The notes under the pieces: model-generated | What the model saw: only the letters and a program-made list of their open reading frames with translations | What the model was told of the DNA's origin: nothing | The model's database searches: none | Position numbers and translations under genes: made by a program | From: Sphingobacteriaceae bacterium | GTDB taxonomy: Bacteria > Bacteroidota > Bacteroidia > UBA7662 | Assembly (NCBI GenBank): GCA_030682795.1 | Contig: JAUXNJ010000008.1 | Location: 18,753-82,752, forward strand | DNA: 64,000 nucleotides | Reading direction: 5' to 3' | Shown here: positions 17,700-27,605 of the stretch, in pieces | Numbering within the stretch: the stretch's first letter is position 1 | How the letters are laid out: each line of letters opens with the position of its first letter

Positions 17700-18943
17700 G
17701 GAAGTTTGATAGGATAAAGCGACTGTCGCTGTTCGGTTTTTTGGCTGGCAGTTTGCTGTTAAGTGGATGCGACTTTTTACTGGGAAGTAAACAGGACGAT
17801 ACGGTAGATGACGTTTTGCGTCAAGGAGCGATTGACCCTAATTTGACGCAAAATATCATCGGTTATGTGCCTATTTTGCCGGTTTGGGGTGGATTTATCA
17901 ATCCTTCAGACGTTTTTGTTGGCTACGATGAGATGGTATATGTGGTAGAAAATGGAGGCCCGAACCCAGGTTTACATGTATTAGATTTGAAAGGTGACCG
18001 CCAAAATTTTATTCCGATTACTGGAGCTTCCAAGGTAACCCAAGACCGCCGTTTACATACGTATGTGGTAGGCCGGGTAAATGAAGAGCGCAATGGGGAA
18101 GTGTATAATCTAGCAGCAGTGTATGTACTTACGGGTACAGGTACACGAAATCCACAATTCATTGATACCTTGATTCATCCGCGCAACGATATTTCGCGTA
18201 ACAACACTAATTTTCGAGGCATTTTTGATGAGCAAGTGGAGTTTACGGGCATAGCTGTAACCCACGACAACGCCTTTTATTTGGCGCGTCGCGGACCAAC
18301 CAATAGCCTTACTTCTACCGCAACCCCTGATAATGCGGTTCTGGTATACCGACCTAACCGTTCGAATAATGGCGCTATTCGCAACCTCAATCCTACCACC
18401 TCTAGCTTGCGCTCAGCCATGTCGCTTTCGGGCATGACTTCCTTTTTAGCACCACCACAACTGGTTTTTGGCATGAGCGAGTCGAAAGACTTCTTCATGT
18501 TGCAGTCGAACGCCGCTGCTGAATATAAGGCTTTATGGATTCGCCAGCTCGACAATCCTGAGACGGGCATTTCGTACATCGAAAATTCCTCGATGCTCAA
18601 TTTTGATACCAGTAGGGCAGACCGTTTTTTATACGAGGGCTTTCGCTTTACCAATCCTGCCGATATTTGTGTAGCACCCGATGAAACGGGGTACATTTTT
18701 ATTGTTGACAGTGGTCGTGATTCGTTGTACCAGTTTACCCGATTGGGATTTGAGGGTGTAAATCCACCTCCAGCTAGCGGTATAACGAAGCAGGTAATTG
18801 CCTCGTTTGGAGGTCGTGGAGCAGGTCCTTTCCAGTTTAATCAGCCGCAAGGAGTAGCTTATTTTCGCAGGGTGGTGTATGTGGCCGATACAGGTAACGG
18901 ACGGATTTTGCGTTATAAATTGAGCATAGACTTAGAGCGGTAA
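17696..18943 (+). CDS. lipoprotein with C-terminal NHL repeats
   Basis: Lipobox LLLSGC. NHL-type repeats are YIFIVDSGRDSLYQF and VYVADTGNGRILRYKL. Its start overlaps the upstream stop (ATGA). Confidence 0.55.
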   Translation: MRKFDRIKRLSLFGFLAGSLLLSGCDFLLGSKQDDTVDDVLRQGAIDPNLTQNIIGYVPILPVWGGFINPSDVFVGYDEMVYVVENGGPNPGLHVLDLKGDRQNFIPITGASKVTQDRRLHTYVVGRVNEERNGEVYNLAAVYVLTGTGTRNPQFIDTLIHPRNDISRNNTNFRGIFDEQVEFTGIAVTHDNAFYLARRGPTNSLTSTATPDNAVLVYRPNRSNNGAIRNLNPTTSSLRSAMSLSGMTSFLAPPQLVFGMSESKDFFMLQSNAAAEYKALWIRQLDNPETGISYIENSSMLNFDTSRADRFLYEGFRFTNPADICVAPDETGYIFIVDSGRDSLYQFTRLGFEGVNPPPASGITKQVIASFGGRGAGPFQFNQPQGVAYFRRVVYVADTGNGRILRYKLSIDLER

Positions 18944-18989
18944 GTTCTGGCGATATACATTTTGTATCTTAGGCCCATGCCTATTTGTA

Positions 18990-20246
18990 ATGCGAAGCAC
19001 TGTTATTGAAAAATTATGGCCGGCTGCCCTTGGTTTGCTCACGGCTTTGCAGTTTCTACCTGAATTCATCAGTTCTTATGGGGTATTGGTAGTAGTGCTG
19101 CTATGGCTATGGACGGGTTTTAGCAAAGGTTGGCAAGCACCCACAGCACCCTGGTTGTATTTACTTCTTCTTTTTTGGGGATGGCAGTTGATTGGCTTGG
19201 TATACAGCAGGGATCCAAATGCTGGGATGGAAGTTTTGGCCATGCAATTGCTCTTGGTTTTGATTCCCTGGCAGTTGTTTACCCTCAAGCGTTTTGAAGA
19301 AAAATGGCTGCGGTTGGCTTTTTACGTATTATGGACTGCGGCTTTATTGGCAGCATTTTATTTAATCGGACTTGGGCTCTATCGTACCTTTACCCATCCT
19401 GGTGGTCATTATGCGGTGAATGCCTCTTATTTCTTGTATTACACCGGTTTGTCTGAGCCGCTGATGCACCCAGCTTACTTAAGTCTGTTGGTGGTGATGG
19501 CCGTGGTTGGGGCATTTTGGTTGCGCTGGCGGGGTCATTTTAGCCACGGGGGATATTGGGTGGGACAAGCCATCTTGTTGCTGTTTTTATTAATGGTGTC
19601 GGCTCGTATGTCGTTACTGGCTTTTGTACTAAGTATGCTTTGGCTGGGGTGGTATTTGGGGTGGCGACAGGGTAAAAAACGGGTTTTATTAATTAGTGTA
19701 CTCAGTTTAGGTGTTTTTGCAGCGGCAGTATTTTTTGTGTTGCCCAAACGATTGCAGCAGCGTTTTACGGAGTTATCTCAGCTTTCTTACAACATACAAG
19801 CAGAAAGTATTGATGATTTCAGTGGTTTGACCATTCGCTTGGCCGAGTGGGAAGGCGTTTGGGTGGCGCTGCAAAGGGATTGGTTGATTGGCCACGGCAC
19901 CGGTGCGGGTAGGTCGGCATTGCAATTGGCTTATGAAAGTATAGATTTTAAAGTAGGACTGATCTACAGTTATAATGCCCATAATCAATTTTTAGAAACC
20001 GCTTTAAGCAATGGGGTATTGGGACTATTGATGTTGTTGATACTGTTTGCAGCGGCCTTTGTACATGCCAGAAAACAAGAGAATTGGTTGGCGATGTGGT
20101 TCTTGATCTTCTTTTTTCTCTGCATTCAAACCGAGAGCATGCTCATTCGTCATCGGGGTGCCCTGTTTTTTGCGCTTTATCTAGCCTTGACCATGGTGGC
20201 TGGTCGTTTTTCAGCCAGAACTGTAAAGGAGCAAGAGCAGGAATAA
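18990..20246 (+). CDS. O-antigen ligase (Wzy_C/WaaL-like) family membrane protein
   Basis: About 10 TM segments and a periplasmic loop with IGHGTGAG...YNAHNQFLETALSNG, which matches the O-antigen ligase H-N-x-x-L motif. Confidence 0.65.
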   Translation: MRSTVIEKLWPAALGLLTALQFLPEFISSYGVLVVVLLWLWTGFSKGWQAPTAPWLYLLLLFWGWQLIGLVYSRDPNAGMEVLAMQLLLVLIPWQLFTLKRFEEKWLRLAFYVLWTAALLAAFYLIGLGLYRTFTHPGGHYAVNASYFLYYTGLSEPLMHPAYLSLLVVMAVVGAFWLRWRGHFSHGGYWVGQAILLLFLLMVSARMSLLAFVLSMLWLGWYLGWRQGKKRVLLISVLSLGVFAAAVFFVLPKRLQQRFTELSQLSYNIQAESIDDFSGLTIRLAEWEGVWVALQRDWLIGHGTGAGRSALQLAYESIDFKVGLIYSYNAHNQFLETALSNGVLGLLMLLILFAAAFVHARKQENWLAMWFLIFFFLCIQTESMLIRHRGALFFALYLALTMVAGRFSARTVKEQEQE

Positions 20247-20314
20247 TGTGTTCTGGCAATGACTCCGGTCGGAAGCCTGTATATTTGTGTATTATTCAAC
20301 AATAGCTGCCATCT

Positions 20315-23300
20315 ATGACCCATTATTTACGTCTTTCGTTCCGCATTTTAGGCTGGACGATCGTGACTGTTTTGGGTCTCGTGATTTTGCTTTTGGTGCT
20401 GCTGCGTACCGCACCGGTACAGCAATGGGGGGTGAAGCGGGCTACCCATTGGTTGAGTGCCAAGGTAGGCGCTGAGGTCAGTATTCAAAAATTAAGACTT
20501 GGCTACGGGGGCAGCCTAAAGGTAGAAAAACTCCTTTTTTTAACACCAGCCGGTGATACGCTGCTTTACAGTGGGGAGCTTGAAACCCGCCTCTTGTGGT
20601 GGAAATTGCCCGCCGAATTGGTGGTAACCCATGTGCATTGGGAGGATGTGGTAGGGCGTGTTTTTGAGGGGGTAGACAGCACCTACAATTTTGATTTTAT
20701 TTTGGATGCCTTTGCTTCCCCGGAAAGCAATACAGCCCTTTCCTCGGGGGCGATTGAACAAGAGGACAGTACAGCGGCTGGGGCCGGCATGCGCTTACGC
20801 ATCGGTCCTGTTACCTTGAAGCGCTTTGACCTACAGTATGAGTCGGCACCAAGCGGCATGTATGCGGCATTTACTTTTGCCGATTTGGCTTTGAAGGCCG
20901 ATACGATAGATGTAAAAAAACAACGATACCACCTCAGTAACGTTCAATTATTCGAAAGTTTTGCGCGGGTGCGACAAGAAAGTAGACCCGCAAATGTATC
21001 CGACAGCAGTGAGCGTGACGCACCTTTACCGCACATTAGTTTGGGGCATTTGGAGCTCCGCACAGCCGACTGGGCCTATGCCGATGAGGCTTCGGGTTAC
21101 CAGGCCCAGCTGGGGCGTTTGGTGGTGCAGCTCCCGCGGTTAGAGCTCGAAGGCCGACGGGTTAAGCTCGATAGCTTGGTTCTACAGAACAGTCAAATTG
21201 CTTTGCAGTTGCCAGTAGCGGAGTCTTCAACGGCTAAGCAAGTGCCAACAGCCAGCAACAAAGCCGCCGCCGCACCTTTTGAATGGCCCGATTGGCAGTT
21301 GCAGCTGGGAGCACTGTGGCTTGAAAACAATCGTTTTGCCATGCATACCAGCGGTAGGCCGGCGATAGAAGGCTTTGATGCGGGGCATATGGACTGGTAC
21401 GTTGCCAAGGCCTTACTTTCGGCCACGTATGTACCAGCGGAAGCAGGTATGCAATTGATGGTGCAAGGACTCAGTGAGCAATCGGGCATCGACCTGCAGC
21501 AGCTCCAAGGCCATTTTAATCTTGGTAAACGTGATCTTACCTTAAGTGATTGGCAGGTTCAGCTGGGCAATTCGCAGCTGCGAGCCGATGCTAAAGTATC
21601 TTTTGGCAACTTTGAGGAGCTTTTAGAGTTGCGGGAGTCGTTGGGATTACAACTCAAGTTGCAGTCGCCCGCTTTTTATGCCCTTGATGTGGATGCCTTT
21701 GCCCCTGAGTTAAAAAGGGAGGCTGACTTAAAGCCTTTATTGCCCATTCCGCTGGCTTTTGACTTGGCCCTACAAGGCAATTTGCGGGATTTAAAGCTGG
21801 ACACCTTGCAGCTTGACTGGGGGCAGGGCACCCGCTTTGCCACTTCTGGCCTCATCAGTCGTGTGCTAGAGCCCAAGCTGGCAACTGTTCGTTTGCCTGC
21901 TTTACAATTCAAAAGCGTAAAACACGATTTGCTGCTTTTGTACCCCGATACTGTTTTGCTTTGGCCAGCCGACGTAAAGCTCGAGGGAGGAGTTGCGGCT
22001 AGCATGAAGAGTCTGAGTGCGGGTTTAAGAATGCAACTTCCCGGCGGCAACGCCTTTTTAATGGCTTTGTATGAGGCGGATGCCGACCATGCTTTTACAC
22101 TCGATGCTGACCTAACGGGAGCGGCTTGGGCGCGTTTGCTGCGGCAACCCGATATTGGGGATTTGGGCTTCAACGTGCATCTTACGGGTAATGGTAATAC
22201 CCTCGAAAGTTTGAAAGCAGAGCTCGACGGTCAGTTGCAAACCATTGAATACCTTGGCCAGCGTTACGATTTATTGAGTTTCAGTGGCAGCATCAACCAA
22301 AAGCAATTGATGTTCAAGGCTGATATCAACCAGCAAGCTTTAGCGTTTGACTTGAAGCTGAGTGCGAGGCTTGATAGCTTGCATCCCATGGCCGATGTCA
22401 ACCTCCGGTTATTGCGTGCCAACCTTCAAACTTTGGGCATTCGCGAAGAAGAACTCATTGCTCGTTTGAATTTAGAAGCCCATTATGAAGCCCAGGGCGA
22501 TGATTTAGAGGCGCAGTTCAAGCTCACCGACGGATTGTTGTTTACGCGCCGACAACGGTATCCCATCGACAGCATTGTGGCCAGTGTCAAAGCCGACAGC
22601 AGCAGCCTGGTTGCCTATCTCCAAAGCGAGCTCGCCAGCGGGCGCCTCGAAGCCAATGCCAGTCTGGAGCCCCTCATTGCCGCCATGCAACAGCAATTGG
22701 GTCGCTTTTTGCCTGTGGGCGAGATCGATAGTACACAGCGTGCCGATATTCAGTTGGTGGGTAACCTGCAAATGTTCGACAGCCGCTTGCTCAGCGATTT
22801 GCTAGTGCCGGAGCTCGAGCGGCTCGACAGCAGCTTTGTGAGCATCCGGTTTGACCAGGACAAGCAGCAACTCGACTTGCGAATGGATGTTCCTGCGGTA
22901 GATTATGCGGGGACTGAGTTGCGTGGGTTGCGAGTGGAAATGAACAGCACCGCCGATAGTTTGCAGTTTGAGGCAGGCTTTCGAACCTTGCAACAAGGCG
23001 ATTTACTGCAGATAGGTGCCACCCAATTAAAGGGTGCGATGCAAAGCGATACCCTTTTGCTGGGCTTTGCCATGGCCAATGGGGCTGATTTGCCGCTATA
23101 CCGCTTAGAGGCCCAAATTCAGCGGCAACAAGACACTACTTTTGTGCATTTACTTACCGATTCGTTGTTGTTGCAAGGTTTACCTTGGGAAGTGCCGCAC
23201 ACCAATTACATTCGCTTTGCACCTGCTTTTGTGCAGGTTAACGATTTTGAACTTCGGCATCGTGCTGAATTATTGTCCTTGCGCCAGCCTGCCCGCGATG

Positions 23301-25309
23301 GTTTAGATGTTCACTTTGAAGGTTTCCGTTTATCGAACCTTACCGCTTTGTTAAACGCCGATTCGGTCTTGCTACGCGGTTTGATGGAAGGTGATTTGCA
23401 ATTTGAGCAGTTGTTCGACCAACCTGCGCTTAAGGCCCGCTTAAACATCGATCGACTGCGCTTGGGAGAAGAAAAGCTGGGTAATTTAAAACTTCGGGCT
23501 TCCAATCCTGCTTCGAACAACTATCTTTTTGACCTCAGTTTGGCCGATGGCAGTGTGGTAATGCGCCTGGATGGCAATTACAAAGCCACAACCGAAGGAC
23601 CCTTGCTCAACCTCAACCTCCAGCTCGACACCCTGCAAATGCAGGTGTTAACGGGCTTTAGCGCAGGTCAAATCAGTGATCCGCAAGGCTACATTAGTGC
23701 CAATCTTAAAATTGGTGGCAGTTTGGCTGAGCCCACCTACAGTGGTAGCATGCGGTTTAGGCAAGCGGCGGTGCGGATCAATCAGCTGAACAGTCGTTTT
23801 TCCCTGGCCGATGAGCGCATTCGTTTAGATAATGCTGGCTTGTACGTAGAGGCCTTTCAATTGCGGGATGAGGGCGGCAATGTATTACATTTAAGTGGCG
23901 AAGTGCGCACCCCGAAGCTGTTGCAGCCCGAGCTCGATTTGCAACTCAAGGCCAATAATTTTCAGCTGATCAATGCCAAAGCTGAAAACAATCCGATGTT
24001 TTATGGCACTGCGAGTGTGAATACCGACGCCAAAATCACTGGAAATTTCAGTAGGCCGGTCATTGCTATGCGGGCGCGGCTCAATAAAGGCAGCAGGCTG
24101 TGGTTTGTGGTGCCAGAGTCGCAAGCCGAATTGGTGGAGCGACAAGGTGTGGTGTTGTTTGTTGATATGCGCACCTTGGCTTACGACAGCCTCTCCTCTC
24201 AAACCCAAACCCGCCGCGAGGTTACGGGCGTGAGTTTGAGCGCTTTATTTGAAGTAGACCCGCAAACCGAACTTACGGTGATTGTAGATGAGCGTTCGGG
24301 CGATAAATTGGTGGTAGCTGGGCGTGCTAATTTGCAATTCGATCTTACGCCCAATGGGCGCATGACCTTAACGGGACTGTATGAAGTTAATCGCGGCTCC
24401 TACGACTTAAGTTTGTATGAGTTGGTACAGCGCAAATTTGAGCTGATGCCAGGCAGTACCATTACCTGGCGAGGGGATCCCTTGGATGCGGCCATGAATT
24501 TGAGGGCGCGTTATCGGGTAAAGACCAATGCCCTTGATTTAATGAGCGAGCAGCTCAGCGGGGCCGATGCCAGCACCCTCAGTCGTTACCGCCAGGAGTT
24601 GCCTTTTGAAGTATATACCAATATTCAGGGAGAGCTGCTTAAGCCGCAGGTGAGCTTCAATCTCGATATGCCAGAAAATCAGCGCGGTGTGCTAGAGGGA
24701 AATGTGTATGCCCGGGTGCAACAGCTCAACCAGCAGGAGAGTGAAGTAAACAAACAGGTGTTTTCGTTGCTGGTATTAAATCGCTTCCTACCGGCATCTA
24801 ATCAAAACAACACCCCTGTGGGTTCCGGCAACTTGGCGCGCTCAAGTGCCAGTCAGCTGCTCAGTGGTCAACTCAATACCCTCAGTGCCAAATACATCAA
24901 AGCGGTGGAGCTTGATATGAATGTGAATAGTTATACGGATTATCAAAGTGGACAAGCTGCGGACCGTACGGTGGCCAATGTAAACCTGCGTAAAAACCTA
25001 TTCAATGAACGCTTGGCGGTACAAATAGGCTCGCAGGTTGATTTAGAAGGTCAAGGTCGCCGGCAGCAAAATGCCAATGACATCATTGGGGATGTAACGG
25101 TAGAGTACCTCCTTACTGAGGATGGGGTGTACCGCGTGAAAGCTTTCCGCCGCAACCAATTTGAGGGTGTAATTGAAGGTCAGCTGATCATTACGGGTAC
25201 ATCCTTGATGTATAACCGTGAGTTCAATGATTTTTCAGAGGCCTTCCGCAAGCGCAATGCCAAGCCCAAGCCCAAATCAACCGACGGGGAGGAAGGGGTT
25301 CAGCCATGA
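20315..25309 (+). CDS. tamB: translocation and assembly module protein TamB (DUF490 C-terminus)
   Basis: 1664 aa with an N-terminal TM anchor, a long repetitive beta-rich body and a C-terminal block VEYLLTEDGVYRVKAFRRNQFEGVIEGQLIITG typical of TamB. Confidence 0.8.
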   Translation: MTHYLRLSFRILGWTIVTVLGLVILLLVLLRTAPVQQWGVKRATHWLSAKVGAEVSIQKLRLGYGGSLKVEKLLFLTPAGDTLLYSGELETRLLWWKLPAELVVTHVHWEDVVGRVFEGVDSTYNFDFILDAFASPESNTALSSGAIEQEDSTAAGAGMRLRIGPVTLKRFDLQYESAPSGMYAAFTFADLALKADTIDVKKQRYHLSNVQLFESFARVRQESRPANVSDSSERDAPLPHISLGHLELRTADWAYADEASGYQAQLGRLVVQLPRLELEGRRVKLDSLVLQNSQIALQLPVAESSTAKQVPTASNKAAAAPFEWPDWQLQLGALWLENNRFAMHTSGRPAIEGFDAGHMDWYVAKALLSATYVPAEAGMQLMVQGLSEQSGIDLQQLQGHFNLGKRDLTLSDWQVQLGNSQLRADAKVSFGNFEELLELRESLGLQLKLQSPAFYALDVDAFAPELKREADLKPLLPIPLAFDLALQGNLRDLKLDTLQLDWGQGTRFATSGLISRVLEPKLATVRLPALQFKSVKHDLLLLYPDTVLLWPADVKLEGGVAASMKSLSAGLRMQLPGGNAFLMALYEADADHAFTLDADLTGAAWARLLRQPDIGDLGFNVHLTGNGNTLESLKAELDGQLQTIEYLGQRYDLLSFSGSINQKQLMFKADINQQALAFDLKLSARLDSLHPMADVNLRLLRANLQTLGIREEELIARLNLEAHYEAQGDDLEAQFKLTDGLLFTRRQRYPIDSIVASVKADSSSLVAYLQSELASGRLEANASLEPLIAAMQQQLGRFLPVGEIDSTQRADIQLVGNLQMFDSRLLSDLLVPELERLDSSFVSIRFDQDKQQLDLRMDVPAVDYAGTELRGLRVEMNSTADSLQFEAGFRTLQQGDLLQIGATQLKGAMQSDTLLLGFAMANGADLPLYRLEAQIQRQQDTTFVHLLTDSLLLQGLPWEVPHTNYIRFAPAFVQVNDFELRHRAELLSLRQPARDGLDVHFEGFRLSNLTALLNADSVLLRGLMEGDLQFEQLFDQPALKARLNIDRLRLGEEKLGNLKLRASNPASNNYLFDLSLADGSVVMRLDGNYKATTEGPLLNLNLQLDTLQMQVLTGFSAGQISDPQGYISANLKIGGSLAEPTYSGSMRFRQAAVRINQLNSRFSLADERIRLDNAGLYVEAFQLRDEGGNVLHLSGEVRTPKLLQPELDLQLKANNFQLINAKAENNPMFYGTASVNTDAKITGNFSRPVIAMRARLNKGSRLWFVVPESQAELVERQGVVLFVDMRTLAYDSLSSQTQTRREVTGVSLSALFEVDPQTELTVIVDERSGDKLVVAGRANLQFDLTPNGRMTLTGLYEVNRGSYDLSLYELVQRKFELMPGSTITWRGDPLDAAMNLRARYRVKTNALDLMSEQLSGADASTLSRYRQELPFEVYTNIQGELLKPQVSFNLDMPENQRGVLEGNVYARVQQLNQQESEVNKQVFSLLVLNRFLPASNQNNTPVGSGNLARSSASQLLSGQLNTLSAKYIKAVELDMNVNSYTDYQSGQAADRTVANVNLRKNLFNERLAVQIGSQVDLEGQGRRQQNANDIIGDVTVEYLLTEDGVYRVKAFRRNQFEGVIEGQLIITGTSLMYNREFNDFSEAFRKRNAKPKPKSTDGEEGVQP

Positions 25310-27588
25310 TCAGGAGGTTATTTTTACTAGGATGGCTGGCGATGCTCTTGCTGTCTGGCTGCCAAACGCTCAAGCAGTTGCCTGAGGGGGAGTTGCTTTT
25401 TCGTGGGGCCGACATTCGTTTAACCGGAGCAGTGGCTTCCGAAACCCGCACGCAGTTGCAAGAGGAGTTAGAAGAAGTGGTGTATCCGGAACCCAATTCA
25501 AGGCTTTTTGGCCAGTACCTTGGGTTGTACATTCACCAACGATCGCAAAAGGAAAAAGGCGCACGTTTGTCGAAGCGTCTCAACAAGCGCTTTGGGGAGG
25601 CAGCTGTGCTATTTAGTACGGTGGACCCACAAAAGCTTGAGGAGTTGATACAAAACCGGCTCGAAAACAGGGGGTATTTCGATTTTGAGATCAGGATTGG
25701 GACAGTAAAATCTGAGAAAACAGCTAGACTGCAGTTTGATATTCAAGTGCAGGAGCCCTATCGGTTAGCGAAATATGAATGGTTTGGTGAGCAAGATACC
25801 TTATCGACTTTGCTGCAGCCTTTTTTACAAAACAGTGCACTTCAGCCAGGTAGTTTGTATAACCTGGCCGCTTTCCGTAGTGAGCGGGAGCGGCTCGACA
25901 GGGTGCTCAAGGACAGGGGCTTTTATGGTTTTGCGTCCGACTACTTCATTTTTAGGGCCGATACCAATTTGGGTAACCGCACTTTTAATCTCTATTTATC
26001 CATCAAAAAAAATACGCCCGATGTGGCCCGTGTGCCCTATCAACTTTCAGAGATTCGGGTGTATCCCAATCATGCCGTGGCAACGGAAGGAGGACAGCTG
26101 GCGTCTGCCGATACCGTGTTTTACAACGGCCTGCGGTATATTGATGCGGAGGAAACCTTCTTTCCCAAGCACCTCAGTCGCTATATTTTGCTACAGCCAG
26201 GCCAGCCTTATAATCGTTCGCTGGAATTGCTTACCACCAACCGACTGAGCAGTGTGGGGAATTTTCAATATGTTACTTTGCGATTTACTTTACCCGACAG
26301 CGTGGCGGAGGGCAGCACGGGCATTCAGCCTTTAGGTGTAGACATTTACCTTTCACCCAAGTTGCGGCGCCAGTTGGGCTACGAAACTCAATTTTTATCG
26401 AAATCGAACAACTTCGTGGGACCTGCTCTAAAAGTGAGCTACCAAAACCGCAACCTTTTTAAGGGAGGCGAAATTTTGAATCTTGCCACAAATTTTGGTT
26501 TTGAAACCCAATTTGCTGGGGGCCGTCAAACGGGTTTAAACTCTTTTGAAGCAGGATTAAAAGGTGAACTTATTTTCCCCAGGGTGTTATCGCCGGTTAG
26601 GCTAGGTGATAATGTGAGCTATGGCATTGCTAAAACCCGCGTGGTGGCTAGTATCAATCTCTTAAATCGCTTGCAGTTTTACCGTTTACGCAGTACCAAC
26701 CTGGGTTTTGGATATACTTGGAACACCAACCGTTTTGTAAGCCATGATTGGCAGCCGTTATCGCTGAGCTTTACAGGCTTATCGCGTACGAGTGCGGCTT
26801 TTGAGGAGATATTAGCTGGCAATCCTTTTCTCCGGCAGAGCTTTGATCAGCGCTTTATTGCGGGTATGGTGTATCAATTTACCTTTAGCGAGCTCAATGA
26901 AGACAAAAAACACCGCTGGGTGGCCTTGGCTTCACTGGATGCCTCGGGTAATTTGTTTGGTGCTTTGTTGCCTAATAATGAGCTTTTGGGAGAAGCTTTT
27001 GCGCAATATGTACGCTTTGATGCGGATTTACGGCACCATTGGCAGTTGCGTAAGGAGCGTCGGTTGGTGTTCAGGGCTTTTGCAGGTGCCGGTTTGAGCT
27101 ATGGCAATAGCCAAACGCTTCCTTACATCAAGCAGTATTTTTCGGGTGGTCCCAACAGCGTACGGGCCTTCAACATCCGTTCGTTGGGCCCAGGTGCTTA
27201 TAGGCCCTTAAACTTCGACGCGGCTTCCTTTTTCGATCAAGCCGGTGATATCAAGTTAGAGGCCAATGTAGAGTATCGTTTTCCAATGTTCCCCTACGTA
27301 AAGGGTGCTTGGTTTGCCGATGCAGGTAATATCTGGCTGCTGCGCTCCAATCCAGCCTTGGGCGGGGGCAATTTCACGTCTAATTGGATACAAGAGGTGG
27401 GCGTAGGTGCAGGTTTTGGACTCCGCATTGATGTAGACATCCTTGTTTTGCGCTTCGATTTGGCTACACCGCTACGCAAACCATGGTTGCCCGCTGGCAG
27501 CCGCTGGTTGGAGGATGTATCTCCTGGTCAACGTGCCTGGCGCCGCGAAAATCTAAATTTGGTTTTCGCTATTGGTTACCCTTTCTAA
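25306..27588 (+). CDS. tamA: BamA/TamA (Omp85) family outer-membrane protein
   Basis: 760 aa with POTRA-like N-terminus and an Omp85 barrel carrying YFSGGPNSVRAFNIRSLGPG. It ends with an aromatic C-terminal residue (F) and overlaps the tamB stop (ATGA). Confidence 0.8.
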   Translation: MIRRLFLLGWLAMLLLSGCQTLKQLPEGELLFRGADIRLTGAVASETRTQLQEELEEVVYPEPNSRLFGQYLGLYIHQRSQKEKGARLSKRLNKRFGEAAVLFSTVDPQKLEELIQNRLENRGYFDFEIRIGTVKSEKTARLQFDIQVQEPYRLAKYEWFGEQDTLSTLLQPFLQNSALQPGSLYNLAAFRSERERLDRVLKDRGFYGFASDYFIFRADTNLGNRTFNLYLSIKKNTPDVARVPYQLSEIRVYPNHAVATEGGQLASADTVFYNGLRYIDAEETFFPKHLSRYILLQPGQPYNRSLELLTTNRLSSVGNFQYVTLRFTLPDSVAEGSTGIQPLGVDIYLSPKLRRQLGYETQFLSKSNNFVGPALKVSYQNRNLFKGGEILNLATNFGFETQFAGGRQTGLNSFEAGLKGELIFPRVLSPVRLGDNVSYGIAKTRVVASINLLNRLQFYRLRSTNLGFGYTWNTNRFVSHDWQPLSLSFTGLSRTSAAFEEILAGNPFLRQSFDQRFIAGMVYQFTFSELNEDKKHRWVALASLDASGNLFGALLPNNELLGEAFAQYVRFDADLRHHWQLRKERRLVFRAFAGAGLSYGNSQTLPYIKQYFSGGPNSVRAFNIRSLGPGAYRPLNFDAASFFDQAGDIKLEANVEYRFPMFPYVKGAWFADAGNIWLLRSNPALGGGNFTSNWIQEVGVGAGFGLRIDVDILVLRFDLATPLRKPWLPAGSRWLEDVSPGQRAWRRENLNLVFAIGYPF

Positions 27589-27605
27589 GGTGCCTCGAAG
27601 CCTGC

